Source: the human T2T-CHM13v2.0 reference genome, Homo sapiens. From it: a stretch of 64,000 nucleotides of DNA. Shown here in pieces: positions 12,608 to 25,800 of this stretch. The stretch is taken from assembly GCF_009914755.1 (NCBI RefSeq), contig NC_060926.1; one strand, written 5' to 3'. Below the pieces are notes generated by a model, which saw only the letters and a program-made list of their open reading frames with translations, had not been told where the DNA came from and ran no database searches. A program made the translations under genes and the position numbers. The first letter of the stretch is position 1. Every line of letters begins with the position of its first letter.

Positions 12608-14074
12608 TTTTAATTTGGCTTTACTTTGCTCTACGTTTCCAAAATCGGTTATTTTACATAAAAATATTTTCATATACATATTTGCCTATATGAGATTGCT
12701 TTTTCCATAAAACTTGACTTCCTTCAAAGGCTTTCACCTATTTTTAAAAAATCACATTAGGAAACTGACAAATATAGCATGGCTTAAATAACAGTGTAAT
12801 GGAAAGAAAATTGTTATATTAAATTTTAAAATAAGGATTAAAAGGTCAAGTATTATAGGCCAGGTATAATCTTACAGCACCAAATTTTGGTGCTACTTAC
12901 TATAAAACCTAGCACAACTTTCTTCCTAAAATAACACAGAAAAAAATTATATTTTTCCAAAACCTGAAATTTAAACAAAACCAGAAATAAAGAGTGACAC
13001 CATATAAATATACCCCAAATTTGTCATAAAACCATAAAAATAGTCTCACCAACTCTTCACAGAATACTATAACTGAGGATTATACACTTCAGCAAAACTA
13101 ATATTTAATAACATAAAGATATCTTTGATGTACTAAAGATAAATTACTTTTGTATTAATATCTATCTAGGTGACATTTTATGATACTATAGATGAAATTT
13201 TGTAACTTAAAATTATGACAAAATTACTATTGAATGTTTTAATATATGCTCATTTAAATTAACTTTATCCACTTTGTATTTTTTTAAAAATCAGTAAATA
13301 TATTTTAAAGTTTGGCCTAGAATTTGTTGCTGACCCCTTGGTCTTAGATTAATTTGGAGAAGACTTTATAAATAAGTTATATTTCAAATTCCCCTATAGT
13401 ATGAGACGTGGAGATGTTAGAAAATCTTAAGTAAACGGCAAGAACAAAAAAATGAGAAATCGAGCTAAAGTATATGTAGTTCACACTAGTTTACACTAGT
13501 TTTGATCTGAGGAGAATCTACTTTTCCTAAAGTAAATGATGTTTGAAATCACAGGAATTAATTTGGTATTTATAAAGCAGTAGATCTAGAAAGAAGATGA
13601 AATTTAATAACAAAAGAGGGGTTTATGCAAGCAGACCATAGACATAATTTATTGATGACCAACAAAGAAAATTTTAGAGCTATCATGTCATGACATAAAC
13701 AAAAATTATCTCCATGAAACAATTTCTGTTTACATGGATGGATAAAAATGCCAAAATTAATTTTGCTGTATACTTAAGATTTATGTACTGAATTCATCAT
13801 ATAAAATTTTGATTCATTTTAAAAATAAAAAAAGTAGTGAGTAAAAAAGACAAAAATATAAGAATTCAGGTTGATATATAATGAATAGTAGATATGAAAG
13901 AAATATTACATAAAAAACAAAATAGATCAATTTAAAACTAGATTGCAAGGAAGATACAGCAATATGGATACTGCTGAAAATAAAATCCATAATGTAGATC
14001 GTAAACATGGAAATTACGGGTAGAAATTGAGATAGAAGATTAGGAAGCCATGGGAAAGAACGCGAAAGAATATT

Positions 14075-14473
14075 GAACAACATAAATTTATAGTCTCAGC
14101 TCTGGAGAACAGAAATATGTAATCAAGATGTGAGCTGTGTAGGTTACTTATGAGTGGGTAAGTGATAGTTTCATGTCTCTTTTCTAGCTTCTGGTAATTT
14201 GCTAGCAATCCTTGGTTTTCATTAGCTTCTAGATGCACCACTCCAGTCTCTGCCATTTCCACATGAAGTTCTCCCTGTGTCTTCACACTGTGTTTCCTTA
14301 GTGCATGTCTGTACCTGTGTCCAAATTTCCCCGTTTTATGAGGATACCAGTTACATTGGCTCGGGCCCATTCTAATGACCTCATTTTAAGTTGATTACCT
14401 CTATAAAGACCCAGTTTTTGAACAAGATCACATACTAAGGCACTGGGGATTAGATACAATTGAACCCATAATA
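14075..14473 (-). mobile_element. MaLR LTR (MLT1B/C-like)
   Basis: gtccaaatttcccc..aggataccagt..cattggctcgggccc..aatgacctcatttta, ending aacccataata. Confidence 0.75.
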
Positions 14474-15379
14474 TTAAGCAGTAAAAAATCTGGTTCTTTG
14501 GGGAGTAAAGTAACAGGGAAGATATAAATAGTTTAATAAACAAAACTATATAATAATTATTTAAAAAATATTGATAAGTGATTCTTAATATATGGGATAA
14601 TCTCATGTATCACTTACTAAAATTTATATGTACAATTTAACTTATAAGGAAAAATAAAACTTATAAGGAAAATAATTACAACATTTAGAAATATAAAGTG
14701 CAAACACATTTATTAGAACTTAAGTCTAACTCAAGATGATGTATAAAATCTAGCAGAGTCATAATCATTACGTAATAATGAAAAAGACATCATGTTTTAT
14801 CCCTAACAAAAGGCAATAGATTCAGACAGTGACAGGATTAGTTCCTTCCCAGTAGTTTTTCAATTATTTTTATATCTCCATAGCAACTATATGTGCAGTA
14901 CATTCCTGTCATTGCTACCTCTTAAAGTATTCAGTAATTCACAACTAATTATGAGACATATGTAGTTTTAAATAATGGGCAAGGAACTTCTGACAAAGTT
15001 CCCTCAAAACACATACACACTCATTGAATATTTCAATTGTAAATAATCAACCTATTTACACTGCCAAAATAAAAAGAGAAAAACCTTCAATTCTTAAGAC
15101 TGTTGCATAGTATTAATAGTGAAAACTGAGAAAGTTTTTTACAACAGATGTGACACAAGTTTATGTGTGTATGATCAGTTTCTCAAAGGCAGACACAGAA
15201 ATCCTAAGTAGAATGTTACCTGAATTCTGCTTTATATTAAGAAATAAAAATGGTGCAATATTAGCAGTTGCATTCATATCAAATGGTTTTAAGATAAAAA
15301 AGTAATTGAACCTGCATCACATAGCCTTAAGATTAAAAAATATAAAGTAAAACGTTATCATCTATTTAGATGTTTAAAT

Positions 15380-15760
15380 GACACTTATAAAATTCAATAT
15401 ATGTTGTGAGTAAAATAAGCTTTTTAAATGATAAACCTCATTTATGTAGAATAGTAAAAACCATAATATTAAACAAGACATGTTAGAGACCTTCATATTA
15501 ATATCAGAAAAAAAGTAACCACAGCACTAGGAAAGAGACGAGGAAGCTAGTTGTCTTTATAAGCAAGCTCATTATATGATCATCTACCTAGAAACCTACA
15601 AGATCAACTGAAAAACTAAGATGAATTCTAAGACAGCCTATTAAGTTACCTGGATGCAAAATAAACATACAATGACAAGACTTTTCTGCATGTCACTAAT
15701 GACCAATTAGAATTCAAATGTCAATTAAAGGATTTCAATAGATTTAGTTGAAAATTGGAA
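15380..15760 (+). mobile_element. Ancient L1M ORF2 remnant
   Basis: atatgatcatctacctagaaacc..aagatcaactgaaaaacta resembles DMI.YLENP..ST.KL. Confidence 0.45.
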
Positions 15761-18700
15761 TAAACAATAAAAGAAAACTTTAATAAGACTATTTTTCAAT
15801 GATGAATTTTTATTTCAAACAGCATTTTGATCACTGTCTATTTGATATATTACATAAATAGTTTCAGAAGCTTGGAATTATAAAATATGTTTCTGTAGTA
15901 TAATACTGGGTAAATTTTGAAAAAATAAAACTTATTTTGAAATTTAAAATATTCTAGAGTAATTATAATATTTTTTCTTATGGAAATGTAACTAAAAATA
16001 AATAAAAGCAAGCACAGTGCCAAGATGAATTGGTCAAAAAGCAAGTAAATTTAAAATTAAGATCCCATTAGACACAGGATCAGGAAATATGGCAGAATCC
16101 CAACTTCCAGTCAGATTGTTTTGTAGTAATTTAGTAAAACGCCCCAAAATAGCAGGAAAAAATAGCAGATACTTGCATATGTGGGTATGAAACAGGAATT
16201 ATCCAAAGACGGCTTTTCCTTGGGCTATCTCTGAATCAGCTTATAGTCAGAGATAACATATTAGTGAGCCTTCACCTTCCCACAACAAAAGCACTTACTA
16301 GTCCAGGATGATCATATAAACTTGCAAGAGTCCTGGCATCCCCAGAGCAGTTCCTGGAATACAGAAACTGATATTTAAACCTTCACAAGAACTCCAGGGA
16401 AGAAATTATCCATGTCTTTTTTTTTTTTGCCTTTTTATTATTTCATAGTAGTTAGTTGAAGTGCTAGTTAAGGGAAAGGTATGAATCTCAAACTAGGAAA
16501 ATTTGAGAGACATGCTTTTGGATGTATGTATGATATTCAAAGTAGACATACATCTCAGCAGGTATTAACAGAACTCAAAACTCCTTTCTCTGTGGTAGAG
16601 TAATGAACTTAGTAGTGAAAACTACAATTATGTCAGTAAGAAATATTCTTTAATAAATTGGAAAAAATGTGTATCATTTATTCTTCCACTTATTTTTTCC
16701 CTAAAATTATTTCACAAAATTTGGAAAGAAACATCTTCAAATTAGGTTAATTATTCCCAGGGGAAAAATAAAAAAAATACCTTCCTACAATATAGATTTT
16801 TAAAAACATTTCAATATTTTTTGAGGCTGACAATTATGGATTGAAAGTCTGGGATAGTCAGCAAGCAAGGACTTAGCCCACTATCTATTGTGATGAGGAG
16901 TGGTGAGAGATGGGCAGTGGGGGCAGAAGGTTGAAGCTGAGGAGATAGATTTAGAATGAGATGAGTAGAAAATGACATTTTGACTAATCTTCATGGAGAG
17001 GTGGATTATAAAAGTCAATTTCCATGACTATTTTTTCTTTTCTAAGAAATACTGGAAAAATTTTTCCATGAAATAACAAGATAAATTATAAAGATATAAA
17101 CTTTTTTGAAATGGGATTAATTTATTAGGTATTTAATTTGGCTTTGGGTTTTAATTGGATAATACAGAATAATCCACTAAAAATATTCTTAACTATTTTA
17201 AGTCTTCCTTACTAAGATAAAAGAAGATGTTAATAGATTATCTAAAAAATTTTCAGACTCTCAAGATGGGTGAGTAGATGCAGCCAGGAGGAACACCTGT
17301 CACCAAGGGACCAGGACATCAGGGAGACTGGTGTACTTTGTGCAGATCTTTGGAGGGAGGGCATTGAGAGTGGATGGAGGGAAGACACAGATGCTGGGCT
17401 GAAGGGAGGAAGCTGGGAATCCTGCACAGGGCTACCGTGCACCAGGACTCATTTTGGGCTCTGAACCACTCCTGAGAAATGGGTGAGTTGAGTACACAGA
17501 ACTGCTCTTCACTGGAACCTCTGGAATCCTGGCAGCAGGACACTTGAGCTGGCAGTGAGAGCTACTTAGAGAGGTAATAGGGACAGAATTCCAGCTGTTG
17601 TGGAGCCCAGAGGGTTTGGTGTAAGAGTGTCTATAGTGGAGCACAGCCAGGAATGCCCATCCCTCAAGGCTTGCCTCAGTCCCCTGGGAGACTTTAGCTT
17701 CAAGGGGATTGTCAGACCTGAACAGAACAGGGTGGTCTTGTCTGTGAGATGGAGCTGGTCCAACCTGAGCAACCACTCATCTGCTGGACTCTCTGGAGGC
17801 CCAAGCCTTGCCATGCCTGCTTGCAGTGCAACCTTGGATACTCAGCTGGGGTGCCTCCCTAGGGGCCACACCATAGCCCACAATGGCAGATGGTACATGT
17901 CGGAGAGCTACAGCAGGGTAGACCCAGCGACACGTACCAGCCTACCCATGCCCTCCCCCAACTGCAGCTTCTCCCCTGCCACTCTGCCGGCACACAGTTG
18001 CCCATGGCCACTCCTTACTTATTTTGTCAGTGCATGTGTGCATGGGTGAACCTCACCTAGCTTTCCCTGACAGCAAGCATGTATTCATGCACCCAATCAT
18101 GCCACTGCTGCCTGCATGTGTACCCCACCTCCAATGCTGCACCACCATTGCCAACATGAAGGCATGACAAGAAGACTAGTGGCCCCACCCCACCCAGTAC
18201 CACCATTGCCGCTAGTGCATTGGTGCCCATGGATATTATCAACCCTGCACCTACCAGAGCCTCACCCCCACACTGACACTACTGCTGACATGAACCTACC
18301 CACAAAGACGAGCATCCTTGCCACCCTGCCCTGCATGGCCACTGCTACCTAAATAAACACATGTACAGAGGGCACCAGCCAGCACTCTGCCTGCCAGCTC
18401 TGCTCCTGTGCTGCTACTGCCACTGGTGCAAACACATGCACGGATGGCAGGCCCTCTTCCACCCACCTCATGCCATGCTGCCACTGCTGCGCACACTTGC
18501 ATAGAAGCCAGCAGCCCTGTGCTGGCACTCCAACACAACTGACAACAGTGTACTCCACAACACTGCCACTGCTGTTGGCAAGTGCAAATCAGCTAGGACC
18601 CTGATGCCACTGCCTGCTGAAGTGCTCTGGCTGGCACCATCCATTGGAGTTTGGTGACCAGTGGTGGTCTAGGCACAACTAGGCCCTTCCAGCACAGCAG

Positions 18701-20117
18701 ATTCCTAACTTTGAGGGGCCAGATAACAAAGTTGGAGGCCTGATACCAGCTCCCGATAGTAAAAGCACACAGCCCAGGAGTCCTGAGCTGAGCCTTGGCC
18801 CCCTAAAATCTTGCAGAAATGAAGTCAGTCGACTGAAGCCACCTTATACTGCAATCACCCAAGGAGATCAAAGAGAATAAATTTCATAAAAACATCAAAG
18901 AGACAGCAACTTCAAAGATTACAGGAACATCAGGCCCATAGATAAGAAAGAACCAGTGCAAGAATACTGGAAACTCTAAAATCCAGGGTGTCTTCTTACC
19001 TCCAAATGATCACACTAGTGCCCCAGCAATGGTTCTTAAGCAGACTAAAATGTTTGAAATAACACACATGGAATCAAAATATGGTTACGAATAAAGTTCA
19101 TTGACACTCAGGAGAAAGTCAAAACCTAATTCAAGGAATCTAAGGATTACAGTAAAAGGATACAGAAGCTGATAGACAAAATGGCTATTATAAGACAGAA
19201 ACAAAGTGATCTGATAGAGCTGAAAAACATATAAGAATTTGATAATGCAATCGCAAGTATTAACAGAATCGATCAAGCAAGCTGAGAAAAGAATCTCAGA
19301 GCTCAAAGACCAGTTCTCTGAAATAATTAGACAAAAATAAAGAAAAACTAGAAAGAATAAAATATCTGAGAAATATGGGATTATGTAAAGAGACCTAATC
19401 TATGACCGACTGGCATTCCTGAAAGAGAGGGAGATAACCAAGCAATGTTGTTAACATATTTCAGGATATTGTCCATAAAAGTTTCCTCAACCTCACTAGA
19501 GAGGTCAGCATTCAAATTCAGGAAAAGCACTGACTCTCTGCAAAATGCTACACCTGAAGACCATCCCCAAGGCATGTAGTCATCAGATTCTCCAAGGTTG
19601 AAATGGAAGAAAAAATGTTAAAGGTAGCTAGAGAGAAGGGGCAGGTCACCTACAAAGGGAACCCCATCAGGCTAACAGCAGACTTGTCAGCAGAAAAACT
19701 ACAAGCCAGAAGAGATTGGGAGTGTACATTCAGCATTCTTAAAGCTAAGAATTTTCCACCAAAAAAATTATAGCTGGCCAAACTAAGATTCATAAGTAGA
19801 AATAAGACCCTTTACAGAAAAGCAGTGTAGAAGGAATTAAATACTACCAGACTTACTTTACAAAAAGTCCTGAAGGGACTCGTAAATATGGAAACAAAAA
19901 CCATTACAAGCCACTACCAAACCACATGTAATTACCTAGACCAGTGACTCTATAAAGCAACCACACAAACAAGTCTGCATGAAAACAAGGTAACAACATG
20001 ATGACAGGATTAAATCAGCACATATCAATGCTAACCTTGAATGTAAATGGACTAAATACATCAATGAAAAGGCACAGGATGGCCAATTGAATAGAAATGC
20101 AAAACTCAATTCCTATT

Positions 20118-20225
20118 CCAAGATGGCTGACTAGACAGCCAGGAAGAACATCTCCTACTGTGGAACCAGGACATTGGGAAGACTGGCACATTCCTAGAAG
20201 GTCTTCAGAGGGAAGACATTGAGAG
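20118..20225 (+). mobile_element. Second L1 5'-end fragment replacing ~1 kb of ORF2 endonuclease region
   Basis: ccaagatggctgactagacagccaggaagaacatc... aligns to 17261-17370 and to the reverse complement of ~5790-5898. Confidence 0.85.
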
Positions 20226-20528
20226 CTCTCAACAAAGAAGAAAAGATGGAAGATCCAAATAAACGCAATTAAAAATGACAAAGGGAATGTTACCACTGAT
20301 CCCACAGAAATACAAATAACCATCAAAGTCTACTATGACCGCTATGACCGCTGTTATACATACAAATTAGAAAATCTAGAAGAAATGGATATTTCTGGGA
20401 CACATATACCCTCCCAAGACTGAACCAGAAAGAAATAGAATTCCTGGATAGACCAATAATAATCTTTGAAATGGAATTAGTAATAAATAGCCTACCAACC
20501 AAAAAAAAAAAAAAAAAAACCAGGACCA

Positions 20529-20631
20529 GACTTTTACTATCCACCTCTCCAAGAAGATTAGTCAAGTTGTCATTTTCTACTCATCTTATTCTAGAGCTTT
20601 CTCACAATCTCAACCTTCTGCCCCCACTGCC
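20529..20631 (-). repeat. Inverted copy of non-L1 flanking DNA 16913-17016, inserted in L1 ORF2
   Basis: Reverse complement ggcagtgggggcagaaggttga..agatgagtagaaaatgaca..tgactaatcttc.tggagaggtggat..aaaagtc matches 16913-17016. Confidence 0.92.
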
Positions 20632-22553
20632 AGATGTATGGAGAAGAGCTGACACCATACCTAATGAAATTATTACAAACAATCAAGGTGGAAAGAGTCA
20701 TCCCTAATTCATTCTATAAGGACAGCATCATCCTTATATCAAAACCTTGCAGAGACATGCAACAAAAAAAGGTAACTTCAGGCCAATACACTTGATGAAA
20801 ATAATGCAAAAATCCTCAACAAAATAACTAACAAACTAAATCCAGCAGCACATCAAAAAGCTAATCCACCATGATAGAGTACGCTTTATCCCTGAGATAT
20901 AAGGTTGGTTCAACATATGCAAATCAATAAATGTGATTCATCACATAAAAATAATTAAATACCAATACCACATGACCATGTCAATACACACAGAAAAGGA
21001 TTTTAATAAATTCAACATGCTTCATGTTAAAAACTTTCAACAAACTAGGTATTGAAGGAACATACCTCAAAATAGTAAGAGCCATCTATGACAAATCCAC
21101 AGCCAACTGAAAGGTCAAAATCTGGAAGCATTCCCTTGGAAAACTAAAAAAAATGACAAAAATGCCTGCTCTCACCATGCCGGTTCAACATAGTATTGGA
21201 TGTCCTTGTCAGAGCAAGTAAGCAAGAGAAAGAAATAAAGGACATCCAAATAAGAAGAGAGGAAGTCAAACTATCTCTGTTGGCAGATAACATGATTCTA
21301 TATCTAGGAAACCTCAAAAGCTCCTTCAGCTGATAAACAACTTCAGCAAAATTTCAGGACACAAGATCAGTGTACAAAATTCAGTAACATTTCTGTACAG
21401 CAACAACAGCCAAGCTGAGAACAAAATCAGGAAAGCAATTGCATTCACACTAGCCACACAAAAAATAAAATACCTAGGAATACAGGTAACCAGAGAGGGG
21501 AAAGTTCTCTTTAATGAGAAATGTGAATCCTCAAAGAAATCAGAGAAGACGCAAACAAATGGAAAAACCATTCCATGATAATGCATAGGAAGATTCAATA
21601 TCACTGAAATGATCATACTGTAAAAAGCAATTTACCAATGCAATGCTATTGCTATCAAACTAATGACATTCTTCACAGAACTAGAAAACTCTATTTTAAG
21701 ATTCATATTGAATGAGCCCAAATAGCCAAGGTAATCCTAAGTAAAATGAGCAAAGCCAGAGGCATCACACTATCTGACTTCAAACTATATTACAGGGCTA
21801 CAGTAACCAAAACAGCATAATACTGGTACAAAAACAGAAACATAGACCAAAGGGACAGAAAAAAAGCCCAGAAATAAGGCCATACACTTAAAACCACCTG
21901 ATCTTTGACAAAGCCGACAAAAACAAGCAATGGGGAAAAGACTGCCTATTCAATAAATGGTGTTGTGATAACTGCCTAGCCATATGCAGAAAATTAAAAC
22001 TGGACTTCTTACTTACACTATTTACTAAGATCAACTGAAGAGGGAATAAAGAATCAAAAAACCCCAAAACTATAAAAACTCTGGAAGACAACCTGGGCAA
22101 TACTATTCTGGACATAGGAACTGGCAAAGATTTCATAACGAAGATGCCAAAAGCAATTGCAGCCAAAAGCAATTGCAACCAAACAAAAATGGACAAATGA
22201 GGTCTAATTAAACTAAAGAGCTTCTGCACAGCAAAGGAAACTATCAACAGAGTAAGCAGAAAATCTACACGATGGGAGAAAATAACAGCAAATTATGCAT
22301 CCATCAAAGGTCTAATATTCAGAATCTGTAAGGAATGTAAACAAATTTACAAGAAAAAACCGAAAGAACCCCATTAAAAAGTGGGTAAAGGACATAGAGA
22401 GAAACTTTTCAAAAGAAGACATACATGCAGCCAAGAAGCATATAAAAAAAAAAGGCCAAGATCTCTGATCAATAGAGAAATGCAAATCAAAACCACAATG
22501 AGATGCCATCTCATGTCAGTCAGAAAGGCTGTTAATAAAAAGTCAAAAAATAA

Positions 22554-22842
22554 GGCTCATGCCTGTAATCCCAGCACTTTGGGAGGCCGAGGCATGCAGA
22601 TCACGAGGTCAGGAATTTGAGACCAGCCTGGCCAACATGGTGAAACCCTGTCTCTACCAAAAATACAAAAATTAGCCAGGCATGGTGGTGTGTGCCTGTC
22701 ATCCTAGCTACTCAGGAGGCTGAGGTAGGAGAATCGCTTGAACCCAGGAGGCAGAGGTTGCAGTGAGCCAAGTTGAGCCATTGCACTCCAGCCTGGGTGA
22801 CAGAGCAAGACTCCGTGTCAAAGAAAAAACAAAAGAAAGAAA
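22554..22842 (+). mobile_element. AluSg-like, lacking first ~13 nt, no TSD
   Basis: ggctcatgcctgtaatcccagcactttgggaggccgagg..gatcacgaggtcagga..gagaccagcctggccaacatgg. Confidence 0.93.
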
Positions 22843-23959
22843 AATGGTCCTACATATACACCATAGAATACTAAGCAGCTGTAAAAAAGAATAATATCAT
22901 GTCCTTTGCAGCAAAATGGATGGAGCTGGAAGCGCTTATTCTAAGCAAACTAACACAGGAAGAGAAAACAAAATACAGCACATTCTCACTTATCAGTAGG
23001 ATCTGAATATTTAGTACCTATGGACCCAAGAAGGGAACAACAGATGCTTGGGCCTACTTGAGGGTGGAGAGTGGGAGTACGGTGAGGATAGAAAAACTAC
23101 CTATTGATTACTATGCTTATTGCCTGGGTGACAAAATCTGCACACCAAACCCCTGTGACATGCAATTTACCTATACAACGAACCTGCAGATATACTCCTG
23201 AATCTAAAATAAAAATGAAAAAACACTATATTTTAGTGGTAGAGACTCTGTTTTATCTCTTTACCTTTTAACATTTCCTTATGATAAATTGTCTTGAGTG
23301 TTTAGAAACATTCATGAATCAGGGAAGGAGAGATCAAGGCATAAAAATATAACTAAAATACTGAATCATAAGGTAGCAAAGAATCTTTTAATTATAAACG
23401 ATGTATTTCTATGAATAATGATCTTTCCCATTTCTTCTAAAATGATCTCCAAGTTTGATTATAGAGGAATTCAGGTTTTCTCATTTTAGTATTTAAAAAT
23501 TAATCCACTTTTTAATCTTAAGATATGTTACCAGAAAAGTAAGAGAGTATGGTAGAAAATCACTGAAAATCATTAAAAAGAAAGTGTGATTTCAATATTA
23601 ACAAAGAAATTTCTAAAGGAAATTCCTATAAATAGAACACCCATCTGGAAAATTTAAAATGTAAACAATCATCTTTATGCAATCTATTAGTTGCCTGAGA
23701 AGTGTGAACTTAAATTTGTTTGGAAAATATTTTAAAATAATTGCCATACTAAGTTCAAGAAAGTCTCAGTTTCTCTGTGGTGTTTTCAGTCCCAGCGCAA
23801 GGATAGGAAGAAAGGGGAAAAAAAACTTAACAGTTTTGATTCAGTCAGTGTATCTCTAATGTTATTTGCCTTAAAAATAGGTAACAGGTAAAATTTCGTA
23901 GCACTCATCTGTTAAAAATTGTTTGGCCACCATTAACAGAGCCACAGTGCTTATAATAG

Positions 23960-24195
23960 AGGCAGTATACCCTAAGCGTTGAGGGTGTAAACTTTGAAGC
24001 CAGATGAAATTGTTGGATTCTAGCTCCAATACTTCTTAGATGTGTGACCTTAGACTCAAACAGTTTGTATTTCAATTTTCTCATCTGAAAACTGAAAAGT
24101 AGTAGTAAATAGGGAAGCAGGGAATATTACATGAGTTATTATGAGTAATTTTCTTAGAATGTTGCCTGATACAAAATAATAGCTCGATAAATGTT
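23960..24195 (+). mobile_element. MIR SINE
   Basis: Core tgtgtgacctt..caattttctcatctgaaaa, and gttgcctgatac..gctcgataaatgtt tail. Confidence 0.7.
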
Positions 24196-24702
24196 GGTGG
24201 TTGTGGTGTTTCAATTTTTGTTGTTGTTGTTGATAAGGAAAAAATGAATCCCCAGAAAGGTTCAGTAATTTCTGCCAGACCACAACTATAATTCGTGGAT
24301 TATCCTGGGCAATTCTGGTCTATACTGCCAGGAAAGTCAGTGACACAGGACATGTTGAGAGAACTGAATAAAAATCAAGGATATTTGATTTCTTCCAAAG
24401 AAGAAATTTTCTTACCATTTTAAGGGTTAAGTTTGTAGATTAGAGAAAGACAGAATCATGGAAAAGATTCAATTGGCACAAGTTTCCTTGTCAAAATTGT
24501 GTTTTAATATCAACAAAGTCTTTGTTATAAGCAGAGAATCTCTGACCTGGAAATCTTTTTGTCTAACTAACTGGCATTTTGGGTTATTTTAGAATGAATA
24601 CATTTTGAAGTTTTAACATTTGATGTTTCCCTAACAGTCATAATTTAGTTCATCCAAAAAACTTCTGAAGTTCTTAATTTAAATGAGTAAAACTACAAAC
24701 TA

Positions 24703-24721
24703 AATATATATAATATATATA

Positions 24722-24778
<57 letters not shown>

Positions 24779-24781
24779 TAT
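24703..24781. repeat. (TA)n / AT-rich microsatellite
   Basis: Visible directly. Confidence 0.95.
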
Positions 24782-25439
24782 TAGACATAATAGTGCTTCT
24801 CTTAGATCCGAACAGGGAGCTGTGAAACAAATATACGGGGTAAATGGATAAAATAAACATATTTTCTCAATTTGAGCAGAATGCTTGTCTCTTCCTGAAA
24901 GTTGTCTTGGGCTACTTTGAATAATTTTGGGCTAGTTTCATCCTCTGAAATTATATTTGACTACTTTAAGTCCCCTATTTTTTAGGTGCCTTGAACAAAT
25001 GAATGAAATAACCCTGCATCCTGCTCATATTCTTATCCTGTATTTCTGTGCTGGACATTTCACAAATCATTATTTTTCTCTCCAAATTTGTGTTGCACAT
25101 GGCAGATCGTAGAAGTTGAAAGTCAAGACTCATTTGAGATGGATGAATGGTTGGAAACAGAATTCAGATCTTTCTAGTGCACACTCACCACCTTCATCCC
25201 CATCCATTCCCCCTAGGTCAAGAATAGTTAATTTAAAGATCCCACCCCCACAAAGTGTCATCACTTCAGAAGATGACACTTCAGTAGAGCTTAATTTCTT
25301 CTCATTTCTGTGTTTGTCTTTCTAGTGTTTTCTGTTTCAAACATTTTTCATATGTGACATAACACGGTAAGCACATATATAGCCTCTACTTACAAGAACA
25401 AATTAGTATTCCACTCTATTCACTGATAGGGCACGTATA

Positions 25440-25800
25440 TAAATACCACATTTTTATGATTTCTAAATAATTTTAAAGAAAATTGCAGGCATCGTAATTC
25501 TTTGCAATGGAATACTACAGCATGCTTCTCCTAAAAATAATGATACCCGCTACATAATTATGATGTCATTTTCAAAGTCTAGTAAATTATCAGAGATAAC
25601 AATATAACTTGACATGCTGCTCATATTCAACTTCCCCCAATAATTCCAAAAATCCTTTTATAATTTTTAATAAATTAGGATATAATAAAAGTTTACATGG
25701 TATACTTAATTATGTTCTTTTAATCTATAATAGTTTCCTTTTTTGTTTTTAATAACATTGCTATTGATCCAGTTACAGTGTATAATTACTAAATTCTGGA
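25440..25800 (-). mobile_element. Ancient L1MC-like 3' UTR remnant
   Basis: ttgcaggcatc..aatactacagcatgcttctcctaaaaataa..tacataattatg pattern. Confidence 0.45.

Larger units (their letters stand above)
17255..23222 (+). mobile_element. Near full-length LINE-1 (L1PA15/16-like), decayed, with internal rearrangements
   Basis: 5' caagatgggtgagtagatgcagccagg. GC-rich 5' UTR. ORF1 remnant ~18950-19930. ORF2 ATG at 20001 (MTGLNQHISMLTLNVNGLN). 3' UTR gaaaaactacctatt..ccaaacccctgtgacatgcaatttacc..ctaaaataaaa. Confidence 0.92.

Noticed and set aside
17600-18560. Cluster of ORFs in a GC-richer island
   Set aside because: This is the L1 5' UTR. Fewer stop codons in GC-rich sequence explain the frames.
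20118-20245. Spliced L1 (SpIRE-type) explanation for the 5'UTR-to-ORF2 junction
   Set aside because: The junction has extra non-matching bases (ctctc), and the 5'-UTR match runs a base past the candidate donor position. Not supported without seeing the same junction elsewhere.
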